NCBI GenBank assembly: GCA_963836755.1
Contig: CAWIKF010000002.1
Location: 160,001 to 224,000 of the forward strand
Source: an uncultured Verrucomicrobiae bacterium
GTDB lineage: Bacteria; Verrucomicrobiota; Verrucomicrobiia; Chthoniobacterales; Chthoniobacteraceae
Length of the DNA: 64,000 nt
Reading direction: 5' to 3'
Numbering within the stretch: position 1 is the stretch's first letter; every line of letters starts with the position of its first letter. The position numbers and the translations under genes are program-made. The notes below the pieces were generated by a model. It was given only the letters and a program-made list of their open reading frames with translations. It was not told the DNA's origin and searched no databases. Shown here in pieces: positions 59,774 through 64,000 of this stretch.

Positions 59774-61669
59774 TTAAGTTTCCGGCGCTTCGGGCAATTC
59801 TTTGGTTGCCGGCGCTTCGGGCAAAACTTTTTTCACCAAGCGGCTGACGCCGTCCTGCGCAAACTCGCTCGCGGGATAGAGTTTTTGCGCTTTTAAATAC
59901 CACGCGAGACTTGAGCCGACCTGATCTTTTTCCTCGAGCTGCTCCGCAGTCCGCAGCGTGTGGACAAAGTCGGCGGCCTCGGTCGTGAGGTTCGCGCGGA
60001 GCTGGTTGAGTTTGCTGTCGTCGGGATATTGCTTGAAGGTTTTCTCCAGCGTTTCCCACGCGCCGGCATAGTCGCCGTGCTTCTCGATCTCGCCGGCTTG
60101 GATGATCGCGGTCTCGATGATCTGCATTTGATCGAGCACTTTTTTGAGCTGCTCCTGGCGTTGCGGATACATCGCGGACGCGGCGATGAAGCGAAGTTTG
60201 TCGTCGTAAATTTGCCGGTAATTGTGCTGGCTGAGGAGCTGGTCAAAATCGACAAGCGCCTTTTGCTGCACGTCGCCTTGCGAAAAAATCGCGCCGGAGA
60301 CTTCGGCGAGCGCGGGATTGCGCGGCCAAAGTTCCGTCGCTTCCTTCAACTCATTTTCGAGCGTAACTTTGTCGCCACTCACCGCGGCGTTGCGCGCTTT
60401 CGCGAGATGCATCGCACTGACGGTGCGCGCGGTTTCGATCGCAGCCATCGGCTTCGACGTGTCGAAATCCTTCGCAGTCGCGCTCATCTCCTTGACCAGT
60501 TTTTCCGCGAGCCCGTAATCCTTGACCTCGATCGCGGAAATGAGCTGGTAACTTTTTTGCGAAAAATCGAGCACCTTGCGCTTTTGCTCGCGCGGCAAAG
60601 TTCGGATCTCCGGCATGAACTCACCGATGCTGAATGCCTCGGCGAGCCGCTTCGATGCGCTTTCCAACTCATTTTGCTGCAGCAAAAACTGAAACGCCTG
60701 CACGCCCTCGCGCACGTCGCGAATCGCTTCGTTAGCGAGCGCGTCCATCGTGCCGACGGTCGGCGGCATGCCGGTGCTCTTGGAGAAAACGTCTTTCGTG
60801 TCCTTGCCGACTTCCAGCGTCGTGTTGTCATTGTTGAACACGGCGCGATAAAAGCGCGTGCCGATGAGGACGTGCTGGAAACGGCGCTGCAAAAACAACT
60901 GCACGAGCAGCGCCTGGAATTCGATTTTTGCCTGCAGCTGCGACAATTCTTTCTTGGCTTGGTTCGTCTTGATCGTCGCCAAAATTTCTGCAAGTCGCGT
61001 GACGTAGGGCTGCATCTCCATGTCGCGACGGTTCTGCTGTTCCTTTGCCCATTGCTGAGCCTCCACGGCGTTTTTCGTGGAAGGCGCGCCTTCGAGTCTG
61101 CTGGATTGGGCGGAAAGTTTCGCGTTCCACTCCGCATGTTTGCGCTCCTGCTCCAGCGCATCGTTCGCCGTCGCGAGGCGATTGCTCGCGTCCTGCGCGC
61201 GCCACGCGCTGTAAACTGCGTCGGCGAGGCTGTCGCAAAGCCGCGCGTCGATTTCAAAACTCGATGCGCGCGGCAGCAGACGAAACGCGTCGTCGACATT
61301 TTTCGTCGACATATTTTCCGGCGCAAGCTTGTCGAGGATCGTGCGAAGGATCAGTTGGTATTGCTGATCCTGCTGCGTCGCTTCCTCGGGCGCGTTGAGA
61401 TATTTCTCAAACCGCGCCTCGAAAATCCGGTTGTTGTTAATGTTCCAGCTGTGGCCGTCCCACGAAACCATTTCGCTGCCGGGATCAAACATTGGCGCGT
61501 CGCCGCCGAGGAATTTTCCTTGGTTATTCGATGAGGCCGCGGGCTGTCTGGCTGGTGCTGATGCAGGCGCGGCTGCGGGTGCGGGTGCGGGTGCGGGCGC
61601 GTCGGGAACTTGAGCGCGCAGCAAACAACTGGCCAATGTCACACAAACGGTGAGAGCAACTTTTCTCAT
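59774..61669 (-). CDS. Secreted alpha-helical/TPR-like hypothetical protein
   Basis: Signal peptide from ATG 61669, PA-rich linker, coiled coil, TPR-like C-terminal repeats. ATGA overlap with the upstream gene. Confidence 0.75.
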   Translation of the reverse strand: MRKVALTVCVTLASCLLRAQVPDAPAPAPAPAAAPASAPARQPAASSNNQGKFLGGDAPMFDPGSEMVSWDGHSWNINNNRIFEARFEKYLNAPEEATQQDQQYQLILRTILDKLAPENMSTKNVDDAFRLLPRASSFEIDARLCDSLADAVYSAWRAQDASNRLATANDALEQERKHAEWNAKLSAQSSRLEGAPSTKNAVEAQQWAKEQQNRRDMEMQPYVTRLAEILATIKTNQAKKELSQLQAKIEFQALLVQLFLQRRFQHVLIGTRFYRAVFNNDNTTLEVGKDTKDVFSKSTGMPPTVGTMDALANEAIRDVREGVQAFQFLLQQNELESASKRLAEAFSIGEFMPEIRTLPREQKRKVLDFSQKSYQLISAIEVKDYGLAEKLVKEMSATAKDFDTSKPMAAIETARTVSAMHLAKARNAAVSGDKVTLENELKEATELWPRNPALAEVSGAIFSQGDVQQKALVDFDQLLSQHNYRQIYDDKLRFIAASAMYPQRQEQLKKVLDQMQIIETAIIQAGEIEKHGDYAGAWETLEKTFKQYPDDSKLNQLRANLTTEAADFVHTLRTAEQLEEKDQVGSSLAWYLKAQKLYPASEFAQDGVSRLVKKVLPEAPATKELPEAPET

Positions 61670-62058
61670 ATTTTGTGAATGTCCTCCGCGCGGAGGACAC
61701 CTTTGTCGCCGACTTCGATCTTCAAAAGATAACGCTGACCTTTCTGAATGTTCATCGCATTGAATGTAGCTGGAATCAAGACGGGCAGGACATCGGAGCC
61801 GGTATCGACCGAGTAAAGACGACCCTCCTGCGGCGACCACGCGAGCTGCGTATCGACGGTCGCGGTAATTTTGTAAACATTGCCGCGCAGGCTGTTCGCG
61901 CTTTCCAAATACGCGGGCACGTCGAGCGGCGTCAACGTGCGAAACGGATCGCTGACCTCGCGATAAAGGAAGTAGCCTCCCGCGAGCGCGCCACACAGCA
62001 GCACGAAGGCGACGAGGATGAGTGCTGGGTGGAGAGATGAACTTGCGCGGCGGGCCAT
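61666..62058 (-). CDS. Membrane-anchored small beta-rich (possibly OB-fold) hypothetical protein
   Basis: Single N-terminal TM helix, SLRGNVYKITATV...IQKGQRYLLKIEV. Confidence 0.7.
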   Translation of the reverse strand: MARRASSSLHPALILVAFVLLCGALAGGYFLYREVSDPFRTLTPLDVPAYLESANSLRGNVYKITATVDTQLAWSPQEGRLYSVDTGSDVLPVLIPATFNAMNIQKGQRYLLKIEVGDKGVLRAEDIHKI

Positions 62059-62068
62059 TCGCTAGGAC

Positions 62069-62097
62069 AAGCTAATTTTCAAGGGCCGCTTTTGCAA
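62069..62097 (-). promoter_or_regulatory. sigma70-like internal promoter
   Basis: Minus strand TTGCAA-17 nt-TAGCTT, 10 nt before ATG 62058. Confidence 0.45.
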
Positions 62098-62113
62098 TTT
62101 GCAAATGCGGCCG

Positions 62114-63895
62114 CTATTCCCACTGGCTGCGCTTGCAGCCGAGATACGCGAGCAGCAGCCCCGCGGCGACGTGCGACGCGAGCACCCAGCCGCAAAGCGA
62201 GAGCGCCGAGAGTTCCGTCTGCGAAACACTGTGCACAATGTCGTAAAACCTTGTGTCGCGCATCGTTTTGAGATAGCCCGACCATCCCCAATACGCCGCG
62301 ATGAACGGCTGCGTGAGCCAGCCGATCACGCGCGGCAGCGCCAGCACCGCACCGGAAAGCGGCAGCTGAAACCCGACCAGATACACGCTCACGAGCGACG
62401 CGTGCTCGGCAGTTTTCATGATGCTGGAAATGCCGAGACAGACCGCTGTCATCGCCGCATTCACGAGCAGCAGCACGCCGGCCTGCGTCGGCAGATCGCC
62501 CGGAAACCGGCAAATGGTGCTGACAAAAACCGTCATCCAAATGGACTGCGCCGCGACGAGCACTGTGAGGAAAACCGCTTTGCTCGCGACGTAGCTCGAC
62601 GCGCGGACGCCGGCAAACTTTTCCTTTTCGAAAATCGCGCGCTCGCCGGCGATCTCGCGCGCGGCGTTGTTCGACCCGATGAGGGTGAGCAGGATGACCT
62701 GGAACATCACGAGGCCCGAGACGAGGCTGCCGACGCGCGACGATTGCAGCGCGAATGAGGCACTCTCGAGCAGCTGCTGCACGGCATTGCCGGTGCCCGT
62801 GAGATTTTGAATCTGCGGCAAACCATCCCACGCAAAAATCACCACGAGGCACGGGAAACCGAAAAGCAGCGCGAGCTGCAACGCAAGCTGCGCGCGGTCG
62901 CGCAAAAAAATCCGCCAGCGCCGCCCGAGCAAAGTAGCGAACTGGTCGAGCACCGTCGGCCGCTGAAAATCATCCGCCATATTTTCCGGCTCGCGCACGA
63001 CGACGGCCGCGGGCATCGACGTCGGCGCGGCGCCCGGATCGGCCTCCGCAGGCGTGACCTCCTGCTCTTCATCGCGCAGGCTCGCTTCGTAACTGACGCG
63101 ATGTTTTTGCCACGACGCATGCCACTGCGCGGCCGAGCGGCGGCTCAGGCTCGAGAACAAACCGTCCGCATTTTCAAGGCTGAAATAATGGAGCATCAAT
63201 TCGGGCGGGCCGTGAAAAATCAGACGTCCTTCAAATAGCACCGCGACGCTATCGTGCAGATCGAGATGCCGCAGACTGTGCGTGACGGAGAGGACGACGC
63301 GCGAAGTTTGACGCCGACCGCTGTCGGTTGATTCCAGCGGGTGTGCGAGCTTTTGCAAAAGCCGCACAATCTCGTCCTCAGCCTTCGGATCGAGGCCGCT
63401 CGTGACTTCATCGCAAAGCAGCAGCAGCGGCGAGCTCACCATTTCGAGCGCGAGCGAAAGGCGCCGCTTTTGTCCGCCGGAAAGGACGCGCACGCGACGC
63501 TCCGCGATCTCCGGGAGGCCAACCGCGTCGATGATTTCATCCGCGCGCTCGATTCGTTCCTCGTCGCTCATTCCGCCCACGCGCAGCCGCAGCGCGGTCT
63601 CGATGCTCTCGGCCACAGTGAGCAAATCAAAGGCGATGCTGAACTGCGGCACGTAGCCGATTTCGTGCGGCGCGAGATCTTCCTCCTCGAGATTGCGGCC
63701 TTCCCAATGCACCGAGCCTTCATCCGCCACACGCACACCCGCGATCAATTTTAACAGCGTGCTTTTGCCGCAGCCCGACGGACCGACGACGGCGCAGAGA
63801 TGGCCTTGCGGAAAGCGCGCCGAGACCTCGCGCAGCAGCCACGATTCCTCCGCGCCGCGGTGCGTCGCGAGCGAAACATTTAGCAGCTCAAGCAT
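62114..63895 (-). CDS. Fused ABC transporter ATPase/permease (NBD-TMD, ABCG-like)
   Basis: GPSGCGKST, GYVPQ, LSGGQ, LLLCDE, H-loop, followed by an ABC-2-type membrane domain (AREIAGERAIFEKE). Confidence 0.9.
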   Translation of the reverse strand: MLELLNVSLATHRGAEESWLLREVSARFPQGHLCAVVGPSGCGKSTLLKLIAGVRVADEGSVHWEGRNLEEEDLAPHEIGYVPQFSIAFDLLTVAESIETALRLRVGGMSDEERIERADEIIDAVGLPEIAERRVRVLSGGQKRRLSLALEMVSSPLLLLCDEVTSGLDPKAEDEIVRLLQKLAHPLESTDSGRRQTSRVVLSVTHSLRHLDLHDSVAVLFEGRLIFHGPPELMLHYFSLENADGLFSSLSRRSAAQWHASWQKHRVSYEASLRDEEQEVTPAEADPGAAPTSMPAAVVVREPENMADDFQRPTVLDQFATLLGRRWRIFLRDRAQLALQLALLFGFPCLVVIFAWDGLPQIQNLTGTGNAVQQLLESASFALQSSRVGSLVSGLVMFQVILLTLIGSNNAAREIAGERAIFEKEKFAGVRASSYVASKAVFLTVLVAAQSIWMTVFVSTICRFPGDLPTQAGVLLLVNAAMTAVCLGISSIMKTAEHASLVSVYLVGFQLPLSGAVLALPRVIGWLTQPFIAAYWGWSGYLKTMRDTRFYDIVHSVSQTELSALSLCGWVLASHVAAGLLLAYLGCKRSQWE

Positions 63896-63937
63896 GGAGT
63901 TGGATTGTGTGCGCGATGCGCTAGGGTTGCAAACCGG

Positions 63938-64000
63938 ATGCGAAATTTCTCCCGAACCATCACGTGGACCTTCGTCGGTTTGTTCGTGTTGCTCATCGCC
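63938..64000 (+). CDS. 5' start of a membrane/secreted protein, truncated by window edge
   Basis: MRNFSRTITWTFVGLFVLLIA... Confidence 0.5.
   Translation, partial: MRNFSRTITWTFVGLFVLLIA

Noticed and set aside
59960..61534. Long antisense ORFs (also 3696..5075, 10832..12286, 12773..14194, 28200..29570)
   Set aside because: Typical stop-poor shadows of GC-rich genes, with Arg-rich translations and no recognisable motifs.
61565..61602. GCGGGT hexamer repeats
   Set aside because: They encode the Pro-Ala linker of the secreted protein.

Overview
GC-rich bacterial chromosome segment, most likely Verrucomicrobiota (probably Spartobacteria/Chthoniobacterales). This assignment is an inference from the PVC-type PSD1/PSCyt/DUF1501 module, RNase HIII and gene style. 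Layout: (1) 1-3.0 kb housekeeping genes (nnrD end, acyl-CoA ligase, rpmE, prfA). (2) 3.2-25.6 kb carbohydrate locus: Tat-exported PL26/YetA-like lyase, DUF4450-like glycosidase, LgoD-like dehydrogenase, enolase-superfamily enzyme, GH106 rhamnosidase, Tat NHL propeller with an apparent ATT start, a three-gene c-type cytochrome PSD1/LamG/DUF1501 module, and a Gfo/Idh/MocA + double DUF1080 pair. (3) 25.7-31.2 kb: moaA and accessory membrane genes, a 9 x 21-bp degenerate tandem repeat, a frameshifted aldo-keto reductase and an hsdS scar at a sharp local G/C-skew flip. (4) 31.2-64 kb core genes: mutY, rnhC, HU, ATP-grasp-like ligase, ruvA, ALDH, deoC, RRM protein, L,D-transpeptidase, upp, amidase, ymdB-like, pgsA, gnd, dsbD-like, tRNA-Pro, response regulator, mnmG with two parS-like sites, cdd, pdhABC, KTSC, metG, and an ABCG-type exporter followed by two uncharacterised envelope proteins. 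No CRISPR array, rRNA, integrase or transposase seen. Family assignments are from motif recognition only; no searches were run.
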